From Fimbriimonadales bacterium (GTDB lineage Bacteria; Armatimonadota; Fimbriimonadia; Fimbriimonadales; JABRVX01), in contig BTVI01000002.1 of NCBI GenBank assembly GCA_045862955.1, forward strand, positions 90,090 through 154,089: DNA of 64,000 nt, read 5' to 3'. The translations under genes and the position numbers were made by a program. The notes below the pieces were generated by a model. The model did not search any database. It saw only the letters and a program-made list of their open reading frames with translations, and was not told the origin of the DNA. Every line of letters begins with the position of its first letter. Positions within the stretch are counted from its first letter, which is position 1. Of this stretch, positions 28,691 to 38,952 are shown piece by piece.

Positions 28691-28714
28691 TGCCGATTGT
28701 TGACCGAGGACGCG

Positions 28715-29908
28715 CTACTTCGAGAAGACTCCCCCAATCCCGTAGCGGGTAGCAAGTGCTGCTAGGATGGTACCGACGCCCATCCCGATCACGTAGCCAT
28801 ACGGCAATCCCACCGCCATCAGACCTACCATGATGGCGATGGGCAGCGCATAGCGCGGCGCGTCGGTCGCAGCCTGGTCCCGCACTAACACCATCAGCGC
28901 CAGTCCTTCGAACGCTAGGATCACCCCGAGGATCGGCTTGGGGAACACCTGGATGACCGATGCGAATGCACCACTGAGAAACAGCCCAAGCACCAGGTAG
29001 AGCGCCCCATAGATCACCACCGACCCACCCGTGCGTGCCCCGAAAGCGTAATGCCCCGCAAGCCCACCCGACCCGTGGCATGTAGGGATGCCGCTGAAGA
29101 AGGGGTTGATGAGGTTCATCACCGAGTAGGTGAAGCCGATCTTCCGCAGGCTCAATGGGCGATCCGGGAAGTAGTCTGCCACCAGCTGCTTGGTCGCTAA
29201 CACGGAGTTGCCGAGCGATAGCGGTATTTGCGGCAGAGCCAGCAGCAGGAATCCTAGCCAAATATGCTCGAGCGTCGGCACACGTACTTGGGGAGTGCTC
29301 AGCCCGATGCCCGCCAGTGCGCCATCGAAAGGGGCCTTGAACGCCAGCGCGTACGCCACCCCGAGGCCGATGATGAAAAGTGCGGCAGGGTACTTCCTGT
29401 TTCCCAGCAACGCCACTGCTATCACGAACGCAACGCCAGCTAACACGAAACCTGCGGCGCCGTCCGCAGGTACGAACTCCTTGAGCGCCAGCGTGGCGAG
29501 CTGCAACCCCAGTCCGAACTGGATGCCACGAATCACTAGCTTCGGAATGATCCGCGCCAAAAGGTCCAAGCCGCCTGTGACGGTGAGCGCCAACATCACG
29601 ATGCCGATCGCCAGCCCCGCCCCATACAGCACTTCGGGCGTTGCCTTCTGGGCGATCACCAGCGCAGCAACGGCCTTCAACGGCTGAACCGGGATCGGCA
29701 TGCGATACCACAGTGCGGTCAGCACCTGCATCGCGCCGAACAGGATCAGCACGCTGGCTGCGTCCAGCCCCGCAACCAGGATCATGCCGACGATGAGCGG
29801 CAGATCGGTGCCGATATCACCGAAAGCGCCCGCGAACTCGTTGCGGTCGAAACGGATGCGGGGCTTATCAGGCGTCATGCGGCTCGGTTGGATCTCGACG
29901 ACGGCCAT
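28715..29908 (-). CDS. MOT1-type molybdate/sulfate (oxyanion) transporter
   Basis: NEFAGAFGDIGTDLP, PIPVQPLKA, QIPLSLGNS, PTCHGSGGLAGHYAFGARTG. Confidence 0.88.
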   Translation of the reverse strand: MAVVEIQPSRMTPDKPRIRFDRNEFAGAFGDIGTDLPLIVGMILVAGLDAASVLILFGAMQVLTALWYRMPIPVQPLKAVAALVIAQKATPEVLYGAGLAIGIVMLALTVTGGLDLLARIIPKLVIRGIQFGLGLQLATLALKEFVPADGAAGFVLAGVAFVIAVALLGNRKYPAALFIIGLGVAYALAFKAPFDGALAGIGLSTPQVRVPTLEHIWLGFLLLALPQIPLSLGNSVLATKQLVADYFPDRPLSLRKIGFTYSVMNLINPFFSGIPTCHGSGGLAGHYAFGARTGGSVVIYGALYLVLGLFLSGAFASVIQVFPKPILGVILAFEGLALMVLVRDQAATDAPRYALPIAIMVGLMAVGLPYGYVIGMGVGTILAALATRYGIGGVFSK

Positions 29909-29941
29909 GGGGGCTATCTTGACACACGAGATTGCGCGCGA

Positions 29942-30035
29942 TGGCGGGAGCGTGTGGGAATCGAACCCACCTGACCCGTTTCCGAGTCACAACGGTTTTG
30001 AAGACCGCGGGGCACACCAGCGCCCATTCGCCCCC
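29942..30035 (-). tRNA. selC: tRNA-Sec (anticodon UCA)
   Basis: GGGGGCGA AT GGGCGC-TGGT-GTGCCC C GCGGT-CTTCAAA-ACCGT, long variable arm with GAAA loop, GTGGG-TTCGATT-CCCAC, ACGCTCCC GCCA. Confidence 0.95.
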
Positions 30036-30051
30036 GCGCGAGGATACCGAT

Positions 30052-31074
30052 TCAGACGACGAAGATGCGCGGCGGGCCTTCTTCGGCACCCCCGATCTCC
30101 GCGGCGCCCGGCAGCTCCGCGAGCAGGACATCCACATGCTCCGGTGCGACGAAGAGCGCCAGCCCGCCTGAAGTCTGCGGGTCCACCACCAGCTTTCGCA
30201 TCTCCTCCGGAACATCCGGCGCGAACTCCAGGATGTCGTCCAGCCACGCGTGGTTCGCCATCGCCCCGCCGGGAGAGTGCCCCTCGGCAGCCAGCCGCCT
30301 CGCCTCGGGCAGCAGCGGCAAGCGCTCCCATTCTAGGCGCAGCCCGACACCCGAGGCTCGCGCCACATGGGAGAGATGGCCAGCGAGCCCGAAGCCCGTA
30401 ATGTCCGTGCCGGTCCTCACGCCGTGCCTCACTGCAGCATAGGAGGCTTCTCGGTTCAGGCGAGTCATGGAGGCGCATGCTGCTTCCAGCGCATCGGGCG
30501 GGCAAGAGTCGAACTTCGCCGCGGTGGTGATCACCCCGGTCCCCAGCGGCTTGGTGAGCACGATGCGCTGCCCAGGCCGAGCGTCCTTGTTCGTGATGGC
30601 CTGGCCAGGATTGACGATGCCCGTCACGGCCATGCCGAACTTCGGCTCCTTGTCCTCCACGCTGTGCCCGCCGACTACGACGGCTCCGGCTTCGTTCACC
30701 TTTTCGTAGCCGCCGAGCAGGATGCGGCTCAGCACTTCGGGCGGCGCCACGCCGGCGGGGAAGCACAGGATGTTCAGCGCAGTGAGTGGCCGGCCACCCA
30801 TCGCGTACACGTCGCTGAGCGCGTTGGCCGCGGCGATGGCCCCGAACAGGTACGGGTCGTCCACGATGGGCGTGAAAAAGTCCACCGTCTGCACCAACGC
30901 CGTTCCGTCGGGCAGCAGGTACACGCCCGCGTCGTCCGCCGTCTCTAGGCCGACGAGCAGGTTCGGATCTGTCGGGATGGGGAGCCCGCGGAGGACCTCC
31001 GCGAGTTGGGCAGGGCCCAGCTTACTCGCTCAACCCGCGCAGGCGACCATCTGGGTAAGCCGTATCTCGCTCAC
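30052..31074 (-). CDS. selD: selenide, water dikinase; selenoprotein (UGA codon 15)
   Basis: GTG 31074 gives MSEIRLTQMVACAG-U-ASKLGP...DDAGVY, in frame with QTVDFFTP, ANALSDVYAMGG, GGHS, DITGFGL, DPQTSGGL. Confidence 0.95.
31001..31032 (-). promoter_or_regulatory. putative bacterial SECIS hairpin
   Basis: UGA followed directly by GCGAGU-AAGC-UGGGC-CCU-GCCCA-ACUCGC stem-loop. Confidence 0.7.
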
Positions 31075-31125
31075 GGTGAGAGTATAGCCCACTCCGCTAG
31101 CTCAGGCGCCGCCCGAAAGTGGGCG

Positions 31126-32253
31126 CTACCCGTTGTAGATGATACGCTTCACTACGTCGATCGTCTCGGCGGCGTCGCCCGTGGATTGGGCGCGGCGGAG
31201 ATCGGCGCGACGGGCGTATATCAGCAGAGCCTTCTTCATCGCGTTGCCGAAGAACTCTTTGCTCAGCATCATCGCGCGCACTTGCTCGGTTCGATAGGTG
31301 AACTGGTCCTCGCCGAACCACCCATCGTAACCGGTGTCCACCGCGGCATAGCAGAACTCTACCAAGCGCCAAATGTCGTCCGTGCCGGTGATGCGGTCCT
31401 CGTCGTTCGAGTTGTACTTCGCGGCGTTGATATGGAAGTTGGCGATGGGCACCCCCATGCGCTTCAGCAGGTACAGGCTGTCCGCGGGCTGGTTGCCTAC
31501 CATCTGCTCATGTCCGTAGTCTATCACCACACCCATCACCGTCTTGCCGAGGTTCTTGTTGACCTCGAGTGCTACCAGTGCGGCCTTGCCCACGGTGTTA
31601 ACGATCATGTTGCCTTCGCGCGGCTCCTTCTGCTTCGCCTCGGTGCCGAACTTGAGACCTAACTGCGCCGCCCGCTCAGCGATGGCAGTACAACCTTCGA
31701 TGAACCAGTTAAGCCGCTCTCCGTAATCCACCTCGAAGTGGTAGTCCCACCCATCGGAACCCGGCCAAAGCTGACACGACGCGCACCCTAGCTCCTTGCC
31801 GATCTCCACCCCCTGCAGGCAGAGTGTCAGGCAGTCTCGCCGCACGCCGGGGTCGGGATGGGTGACACCACCGAACTTCCACTTGGGGTCGGACCAGGTG
31901 TTCATGTTCATGTTGGTGCAGACGATGCCATGCTCGGCGAGCGCAGCCCGAACGCTCTCGATTCGGCGCTGATCCTTGGCGTAGTGGGTATCTATGAAGC
32001 AGCGCTCGTGGAACTCGATGCCCTTGATGCCGGCGGCCTTCACACGCGCGATCTGTGCCTCTTCCGAACTGTCGAAGTCGGTGTCCCTGTTGTAGCCGTC
32101 GGGACAGAATCGATCCCGGAACTCCCCAGCACACCAGTGCCCCGCAGAGAAGTTGATGCCGTACTCGTCCAAAAACCGATTGACCCTGTCGCCTTCCAGA
32201 TAGCCGCCGAACTCGGACGACAGCTTCGCCAGGTTGTCAGAAGATACATTCAT
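31126..32253 (-). CDS. xylose/rhamnose isomerase-like TIM-barrel sugar isomerase
   Basis: IEFH, THPDPGVR, WPGSDG, EAKQKEPR, IDYGH, DEDR, DQF metal ligands. Confidence 0.85.
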   Translation of the reverse strand: MNVSSDNLAKLSSEFGGYLEGDRVNRFLDEYGINFSAGHWCAGEFRDRFCPDGYNRDTDFDSSEEAQIARVKAAGIKGIEFHERCFIDTHYAKDQRRIESVRAALAEHGIVCTNMNMNTWSDPKWKFGGVTHPDPGVRRDCLTLCLQGVEIGKELGCASCQLWPGSDGWDYHFEVDYGERLNWFIEGCTAIAERAAQLGLKFGTEAKQKEPREGNMIVNTVGKAALVALEVNKNLGKTVMGVVIDYGHEQMVGNQPADSLYLLKRMGVPIANFHINAAKYNSNDEDRITGTDDIWRLVEFCYAAVDTGYDGWFGEDQFTYRTEQVRAMMLSKEFFGNAMKKALLIYARRADLRRAQSTGDAAETIDVVKRIIYNG

Positions 32254-32646
32254 GTCGGACCTCGGATGTTCGTGCTGAACGGCCTCTTCGCCACGCGCTC
32301 GCAGTCTCCCTGCCCATACGCATGGCAGGTCACTCTCGCTCGCGTCGGAGTTCTGGGTGGCAACGCCAGCCATGACGGCTGAAACGCAGCGATTCCACCT
32401 CGCGGCACGGGACGAGCGCATGCATAGGACGCGTGTGCGGGCATGTCGTGAGGGGCTATGGAAGCGGCTCCACGATCCGAGTGGTTCGAGCCGGCTGCCC
32501 CGAGCCAGGAACGTTTCACCGACGTGACGTGGACCTCGCGGGCGTTTCGCCGAGGTACCTGCCTGTGGCAGTGAGGCGTAGAGAGCAAAATCCGGTTGGC
32601 AGCTTACTGGGACGGCGCAGCTGGCACAGAGCGCGTAGCGACAGCC

Positions 32647-32865
32647 CTATTTCACGACTGGATTCCCTGCGTGTGGGCACGCGCCCTTGGAGCACGGACC
32701 GTAGGTCATACAGTTGTTCTCGAAGCGGAAGCTGCCGGTGTAGCGAAGAATGCTCATGTCCGGAGCACCCAACCTGGGCTCGTAAGTCTCTACATGGGCG
32801 ACGGCCATTGTCGCCAGAAATGCGGAGCCTAGACGAAGGGCAAGCGTCTGCAGCGACTTCTTCAT
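32647..32865 (-). CDS. small secreted Cys-containing peptide 2
   Basis: gaagga RBS; MKKSLQ..AVA signal; LGAPDMSILRYTGSFRFENNC motif shared with the neighbour. Confidence 0.6.
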   Translation of the reverse strand: MKKSLQTLALRLGSAFLATMAVAHVETYEPRLGAPDMSILRYTGSFRFENNCMTYGPCSKGACPHAGNPVVK

Positions 32866-32994
32866 CGGAGATCCTTCGGTAGACGGACAGATTTGCCCTG
32901 GATGCACCCATGCCGTCATGACCAGTCTGGCCGGAACGAACAAGAAGGCCCAGCCGAGAGCGGCCGGGCCGGCGGATACAGCTGATGACTAGAA

Positions 32995-33255
32995 CTACTT
33001 CGAAGTCGCGCCGCAGCAAGGCACCTTCTCAGCGCAACAGGCCGACTGGCTGCCCTTGGAGCTGCATGCTGACTTGGCGCAGGGCGGGCAGAGCGTGCCG
33101 CAGTTGTCCCAAGCGCGGAACTTTGCCGTGTGCCTCAGAATGCTGTAGTCAGGAGCTCCCAGACTGCTCGGCTGGCAGCAGTTTCGCCCCCCGAAGCTGC
33201 TGGCGGACAGGGCCAGGGCCGCTGCCGCAACGATCAGAACGATGGCCTTTCTCAT
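32995..33255 (-). CDS. small secreted Cys-rich peptide 1 (10 Cys)
   Basis: ggagga RBS; MRKAIVLIVAAAALALSA signal; LGAPDYSILRHTAKFRAWDNC. Confidence 0.75.
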   Translation of the reverse strand: MRKAIVLIVAAAALALSASSFGGRNCCQPSSLGAPDYSILRHTAKFRAWDNCGTLCPPCAKSACSSKGSQSACCAEKVPCCGATSK

Positions 33256-33590
33256 TCCCAGATTCCTCCGTTGCCAAGATGACGCATCGGCGCACGCCCC
33301 CGAAGAACAGCGGGCCGATTACTTTCGTAATCGGTCCGGGGCCGCCCGGCCTCATGCGCGAAATGCCAGTTTACCCTTTGGGGGGCGGCATGCGCCATCG
33401 TTGGGAGGCACACTGGCGGCGCGAACCGCCGCCAGTGCAAGACTCACCGGGCGATTGTGCCACGTAGATCTGCGAGTCGTGCCACACCGTGATGCAATAT
33501 GGGCACGGTCCCTTAGGTCTGAATGCACGGCCAGTGCCATGCGCCCGAGGTGATTCGAACCGCAACAGGGACAATGCAGTGCGCTGGAAT

Positions 33591-34986
33591 GTGAGACACC
33601 TTACGTGTTTGTTTGCAATATGGGGGGCAAGTAGTCCCACTCCACGCCCAGTCCGAGCAATTACTGCTCAAGTCCCAGTGGCCCATGGCGGGCTACGGCT
33701 ATCTCCGACAGACCAATCGTGGCGTGTTTCTCCCGCCCGCTGACGCAGGCCCCGTGGGCAGCACCGTGTGGCAGTGGACCGTTCCTAACGGTGCCGCGAT
33801 CAACACGGGAATCGTCTGCGCGCCGGCCTCCGAGAACGGGAACTGGGACCCCTCGGCAGGGCCTGTCGAGCCGGTTGCGACCATCTACTTCGGATCGGAT
33901 CACGGATACCTGAATGCCCTGGCCATCGCGAACCGACAGGCGACCCTCGAGTGGCGGTTCCCAGTCGAGGAAAGTGGCGTCCATTACCCGGTTCGCTCGA
34001 CTCCGACGCTCGTGAAGTTCTCGAGCGGAAGTCCCGATTGGGGCATCTGCTTCGGCGCGGACAACGGACGCGTGTACTGCCTGCGCGATGCGGGGCCGGA
34101 CCCGCCCACTGTGGTGTGGCGCTCAGCGCGCTTGGGCGATCCGGGAACCATCGTCCGTGGTAGTCCCCTGTACCGGCCCGGCCGGGGCATGCAGCAAGGA
34201 GCCGGGGAGCAGTATCCGTCGCTGGTCTTCGTGGGAGCCGTCACCCCCGATGGCGGTCGGCTCGTCGGTCTACCAGTGAACGCGACCGGGAACGAGGTCG
34301 CCCCTGCAGCAGGGTATTCCGCGTCGCCCCCGTATGGCATCATCGGCTCCGTAAGCTATCTCGCCGAATGGGTCCAATTCGGCAGTGACTGGCACATCAA
34401 CGGCGGGTTCATCTATGACGTAAAGGCCGAACTGGACTGGGACCACAAGCAGGCAACCCTTTCGTGGCTGTGGCCGAACCTTAGCAATCGCCGGATCGAG
34501 ACCGTCCCGTATCCGTCGCTCCCCGTGCAGCACCTCAACATGGGATTCATGTATGCGGACGGCTGTGTGGGAACGAGCGGCATGCCATTCTTCAGTAGCT
34601 GGAGAGCCGGCGCGGGCGACCCGACTGGACCGCAGACGCCTGCGGGTACCCTGCAAAGGGTAGATGCGTCCCCGGTAGGAGCGGTGGCGACGCCCATATT
34701 CCGTAACACCACTCACCCGACGGACCGCGATCTGCGTGCCACGGCCTGCATCGCACAGGGGCCGGGAACGGGTGAGCTTCTCTACTTCGTTACTTCCACG
34801 GGGTGGTTGTATGCAGTCACGTCCAGCGGAGCGATGCCTTTGGAGTTCCCCGTCTACCTGGGCGGGACCGTCGGCTCCACCGATCCGTATGGTGCACGTC
34901 CCCACGTTGTCATTGACGGTGAAGGCATCATCTACATCGGTAACAACAGCGGTGTGATGCGCGCGATCTGGGCTAAGCGGAGTTAG
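33591..34986 (+). CDS. PQQ-like beta-propeller secreted protein; apparent +1 G in a G6 run at 33622-33627
   Basis: SQWPM.G, IYFGSDHGYLNAL, FGADNGRVYCL, DGEGIIYIG; upstream MRHLTCLFAIWG joins QVVPLHA-Q if one G is removed. Confidence 0.7.
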
Positions 34987-35062
34987 GCGGGCGCTGTTGC
35001 GGTGGCGCCTAAGACGCGCTACGTAGCGTCAAGGCGTCACCCTCCTGCACAAGGGGGACCTC

Positions 35063-36456
35063 ATGAAGCAAGTTTGCCATCTCATAGCTGCGATATGCAC
35101 AGCGTTGGTGCAATTAGGCACCCATGCGCTGGCGCAGCAGCAGTGGCGTCACGAGAAGCTGCTGTCGCAGGTTTATGACGTAGCGGCTAGCCCACAGGAT
35201 GTTTGGATCAACTCCAGGGGTGACGTCGCGTACTTCGCATCTCTTAGCTGGTCCAGTCCGTATACAGACGCCTATCGCAACCGCAACAGCGTCAGCGAGT
35301 GGCTTGGGCCTGGGAGGATCACATCACTAACACATGGGATCAGCGAGAACGGCGACGTATTGTTCCGAGCCGGATGGCGCAGCACTCAAGGCCGCATGGG
35401 AATTGGCCTGTATGTCAACGATAACACGTGGTGGGAACAAGTGTACAGCGGCGGGCAGTACATGCAGTTGCTCGTCGCCGAAGGGGGCGTTGACAACCAG
35501 GGCGTGCCTGTGTACATTCTTCGAGAGGACAAGCCCGGGGGCAACTACTACCTTTACCAGGGACACCGCTTGGTGCAGGATAGCATCTTGAGCGGCAAGT
35601 CCTGGATTGGAATGCCGAAGGTCAACGGGGCAGGGCAGATTGCGTGGCATGGAAAGGGAGACGAGACCGGAGGGAAGTCTCAAGCCTTCTTGGACGACTA
35701 CCCTCTCTCGCGCAGCATCGTAGGCCCCGACTACTCCGCAGCGGCCGCCTATCTCAATCGCCGCGGCGACGTGCTATGGACCTGCCCGGACCTGGACGGC
35801 TACACCGACATCTTCATTAACGAAGTGAACTACAGCCGATCGCACTTCGGAAACGCGCCCAGAAACTACCATGCCTATGCGCGGGGCATGAACGACAATG
35901 GCGATATCGTCTGGGCGGGCATCGACTGGAACCTCGCCTACCCGACCCAGACGTCTTCAAGAATCACGAGAACCTCTCGCTGGCCGTGTACGGCGATATA
36001 CCTCGTGCAGCGTTCCCGATGGGCATCAGCAACACTGGCCAGGCGCTGTGGATCGGCTTCCGGGAGGGTCTCGGGTTCAAGAACACCATCTGGCGGGACA
36101 CTACCAACATCTCGGGCCCGGTTCTCGGCCCCACTGGCACTCCCACCGATGAACCGCAGATTGACAACTGGGGGCGCGTCATGCGGTGGGCGTACGGCCC
36201 GCAGTGCAACGGGTGGGTGCGGACCTTCGTGGACTCGCTGGACATCTCGGCGGATGCGCTCGGCGACGACGTGTGGAACTACACCCGCAAAGGCGTCAAG
36301 ATAGGCCCTAACGGCCACGTCTTCTGGATCGCGTTGGACCTACGCACGAACCTGGCGGACGTCTGGCTGTCCACCCCTGTGCCCGAGCCGAGTGGAGCGT
36401 TGGGATTGGGAATGCTCCTCATCTGCATCGCACACTGGCGGAGTCGCCGGCGGTAG
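35063..36456 (+). pseudogene. PEP-CTERM surface protein split by a 1-nt frameshift at ~35941
   Basis: signal peptide; repeated (I/L/M)NxxGDV.W blades continue in the other frame (PDVFKNHENLS); ends VPEPSGALGLGMLLICIAHWRSRRR. Confidence 0.8.
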
Positions 36457-36561
36457 CGTGTCCTAGCGCACCACGCTCCGGGACCGAAGAACCGACGACC
36501 GTCGGCGGGACGTGCCGATCGGGACAATGAACCCGATGTGTGTGCCCGGCGTGATATCGCT

Positions 36562-37467
36562 GTGAGCCAAAGGAAGGACCTTGCGGCAGACTTTGCCCTG
36601 TTGGCCGTGTTGGCCATTTGGGTGGGCAGCTTCCTGGTGTTCAAGGTGGCCTTCCACCAGTTCCAGCCGCACGCGTTCAACCTGGCGCGGTTCATTCTAA
36701 TGATCCCTCTCGCGTTCGCCACACTCTGGTTCTCCGAGGGAGACCTAAGGCTCCGGCGGACCGAGCTCCGTCCGATGATCCTGTCCGGATTGCTGGGTTT
36801 CGGCATCTATCAGTCGCTGTTCATCTCCGGCCTAGCCCGCACGCAGGCGTCCAACATGGCGTTGCTCCTCTCCATGACACCCGTCTTCTCCGCGTTGATG
36901 CTGGCGGCGTTCCGGCTGGAAACCGTGACCCGCAGGCAGTGGGCGGGGATCGCTATCTCCATGGCGGGTGTCGCGCTTTTCATCACGAAGGGCGGCAGGC
37001 TGGGTGAGTTGCGGCTCGGCCCAGGCGACCTGATGGCTCTCGGTAGCTCGGCATGCTTTGCGGCGTACGGCATCTTGAACAAGCCGTTGCTGGAGCGCAT
37101 GACCCCGGTCCGCCTGATGGCCTACGGACTGCTACTCGGGATCGTGCCGCTCATCCCGGTGTCGCTACCGGACGTGCTGCGCCAGGACTGGACGGCAGTC
37201 ACTCCGGCCGGATGGCTGCTGCTGGCGTACGCAACGGTGTTTCCCGTGTACCTTGCGTACATGCTCTGGAACTGGGCCATCGCACGGCACGGGGTGATCC
37301 GCACCGCTCCGGTGAGTTACCTAGTGCCCGTGTTCACCGGCCTCGCGGCTTGGCTGCTCCTGGGCGAGCGGCTGTCCGCCGTGCAGGTGCTGGCGGGTGC
37401 GGTCGTCCTGGCGGGCGTGGCGCTAACGCGGTCATCCTCCGGCCTGCCGGCACCGGTGAAGGAGTGA
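36562..37467 (+). CDS. DMT/EamA family transporter
   Basis: 10 TM segments; IWVGSF..K, RF, YLVPVF, LGERLS. Confidence 0.9.
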   Translation: MSQRKDLAADFALLAVLAIWVGSFLVFKVAFHQFQPHAFNLARFILMIPLAFATLWFSEGDLRLRRTELRPMILSGLLGFGIYQSLFISGLARTQASNMALLLSMTPVFSALMLAAFRLETVTRRQWAGIAISMAGVALFITKGGRLGELRLGPGDLMALGSSACFAAYGILNKPLLERMTPVRLMAYGLLLGIVPLIPVSLPDVLRQDWTAVTPAGWLLLAYATVFPVYLAYMLWNWAIARHGVIRTAPVSYLVPVFTGLAAWLLLGERLSAVQVLAGAVVLAGVALTRSSSGLPAPVKE

Positions 37468-37631
37468 GCGAGACGCGGCGGGGCCTCATAGTACGAAACT
37501 TTGCTACCTGGCCCGTATTGTCTTCGTTGGAGCTATTTTTATGCGAAAATCCATGTGATTCCTTTACAACCGGCGAGATTGCCTGTATCATGTTGGCATC
37601 AGAAGCGTCAATACGGTGCTGGAGGTACGAG

Positions 37632-38927
37632 TTGCGTTCGCAGTGGATTGGGCTCGCGTTCCTGGCAGTCGGCCCTCTGCTCGGCTGGGGGCAGGGCGTG
37701 GCGATCCTGCCACTCCCGTATCCGTTCGCTGCGCTGGATTGGAGCACGGAGCGCAGTCGTGAGGAAGCCGAGATGTGGCTGCGTGTGTCAGGTGTTCCCC
37801 CGATCGACCTTCGCTGTACGCCCCTCAGCTTTGAATGGACCTTCCAGGGCTGCGGGGCGCACCTCGCGGACCCCGAGCATTATCCGCCGGGAGCGGAGCT
37901 TTACCTGCGGTTCACGAGTCCTGGCGTCTGCCACGTCGCTGTGGATGTAGCGGAGAACGGGTCCGAGGGCTGCACGCGGAGTTGGCATGCCGAAGCCGAT
38001 GTCTATGTTTTGGGGGGTCCCATCAGCGTGCAGATGAATGATCATCCTCAGCATTACGACGTCCACCAGGACAGTACGACCTGTTGGTATCTCTCTTACT
38101 ATGGTTACAACGTAGGATATCTTGTCCCTCGTAAGACCACAGAACAGGCGACTAGCGAGGCTAGGGTATCAGCCGACCGTGCCCCACAACAGCCTCCGGG
38201 GACCCGCTTTCGTTGGTCCGTCACATATCCCGGTGTTTTCACCTCTAACCCCGCCCTGAACGGTTCGACCCAAGCCACCAGCATCAGGATCAAGGCGAAC
38301 GGCCCGAGCAACCCCGGCCAGATTCAGGTGCGACTGGAGTACGAACTGGACATCCCCGGCTGGGGTACGGCTGTGGTGCCGGATGACACGGACAACGTTC
38401 CCAGACCACCCCACAACGTCCCTTCGTCGAACTACAGACGCTTCACGGGTCACAAGCCGATCCGCGTCGAGTTGGCCGAAATGGTGGTGAACCCGATGAA
38501 CACCATATGGGTAATCGGCCCTCCGGAATGGGTATACCAGGACGACTACTATTACACGCTATTCGATCAGCTCTCGGCTGCGATGAGAGGTGTGTGGGTG
38601 CAGGAGCGCTTCCCTGATGGTGTTCCCACCCAGTATAACGATGGCAGACCGCTGCCACAGCCCTTCCTTTGGAACGGGATTACTGGTTTCCACTGGAGTA
38701 CGCTGGTCAACGGCGCTTGGAACCCGGAGCGGCCATTCGGTACATTCGGTCCCGACCACATCATCATGTCCGACATTCGGGAATGGCCTTCCAACGAACC
38801 GCCAGGACTCGGTCCGCTCCGGCACGAGTATTGGGCCGGTACTAAGGGAACGGCTGGTAACGGCGGCGGATGCAAAGTCGGCGAGTTCCAGATGAGTATG
38901 TGGACCGATGCCACGGCTCACTGGTGA
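37632..38927 (+). CDS. secreted hypothetical protein
   Basis: ggagg RBS then TTG; signal MRSQWIGLAFLAVGPLLGWG; beta-rich orphan. Confidence 0.65.
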   Translation: MRSQWIGLAFLAVGPLLGWGQGVAILPLPYPFAALDWSTERSREEAEMWLRVSGVPPIDLRCTPLSFEWTFQGCGAHLADPEHYPPGAELYLRFTSPGVCHVAVDVAENGSEGCTRSWHAEADVYVLGGPISVQMNDHPQHYDVHQDSTTCWYLSYYGYNVGYLVPRKTTEQATSEARVSADRAPQQPPGTRFRWSVTYPGVFTSNPALNGSTQATSIRIKANGPSNPGQIQVRLEYELDIPGWGTAVVPDDTDNVPRPPHNVPSSNYRRFTGHKPIRVELAEMVVNPMNTIWVIGPPEWVYQDDYYYTLFDQLSAAMRGVWVQERFPDGVPTQYNDGRPLPQPFLWNGITGFHWSTLVNGAWNPERPFGTFGPDHIIMSDIREWPSNEPPGLGPLRHEYWAGTKGTAGNGGGCKVGEFQMSMWTDATAHW

Positions 38928-38952
38928 TGGGAGGGATTGGAGGTCGAGAAGT

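Noticed and set aside
27233..28755. His/Pro-rich repetitive ORFs (LSTPHGVER, SLHPPWGGE)
   Set aside because: Translations of the DNA repeat that are open in several frames on both strands; no RBS evidence
30925..31074. selD as a truncated gene or pseudogene
   Set aside because: The in-frame TGA sits at the catalytic position, with a SECIS-like hairpin and an adjacent tRNA-Sec
32647..32649. Pyrrolysine readthrough of the amber codon
   Set aside because: No pyl genes in the window; many ordinary genes here end in TAG
33330..33385. c-di-GMP-I riboswitch (aagggtaaactggc...)
   Set aside because: Lacks the GAAA-capped P2 followed by GACGCAAA; kept only as an unnamed structured leader
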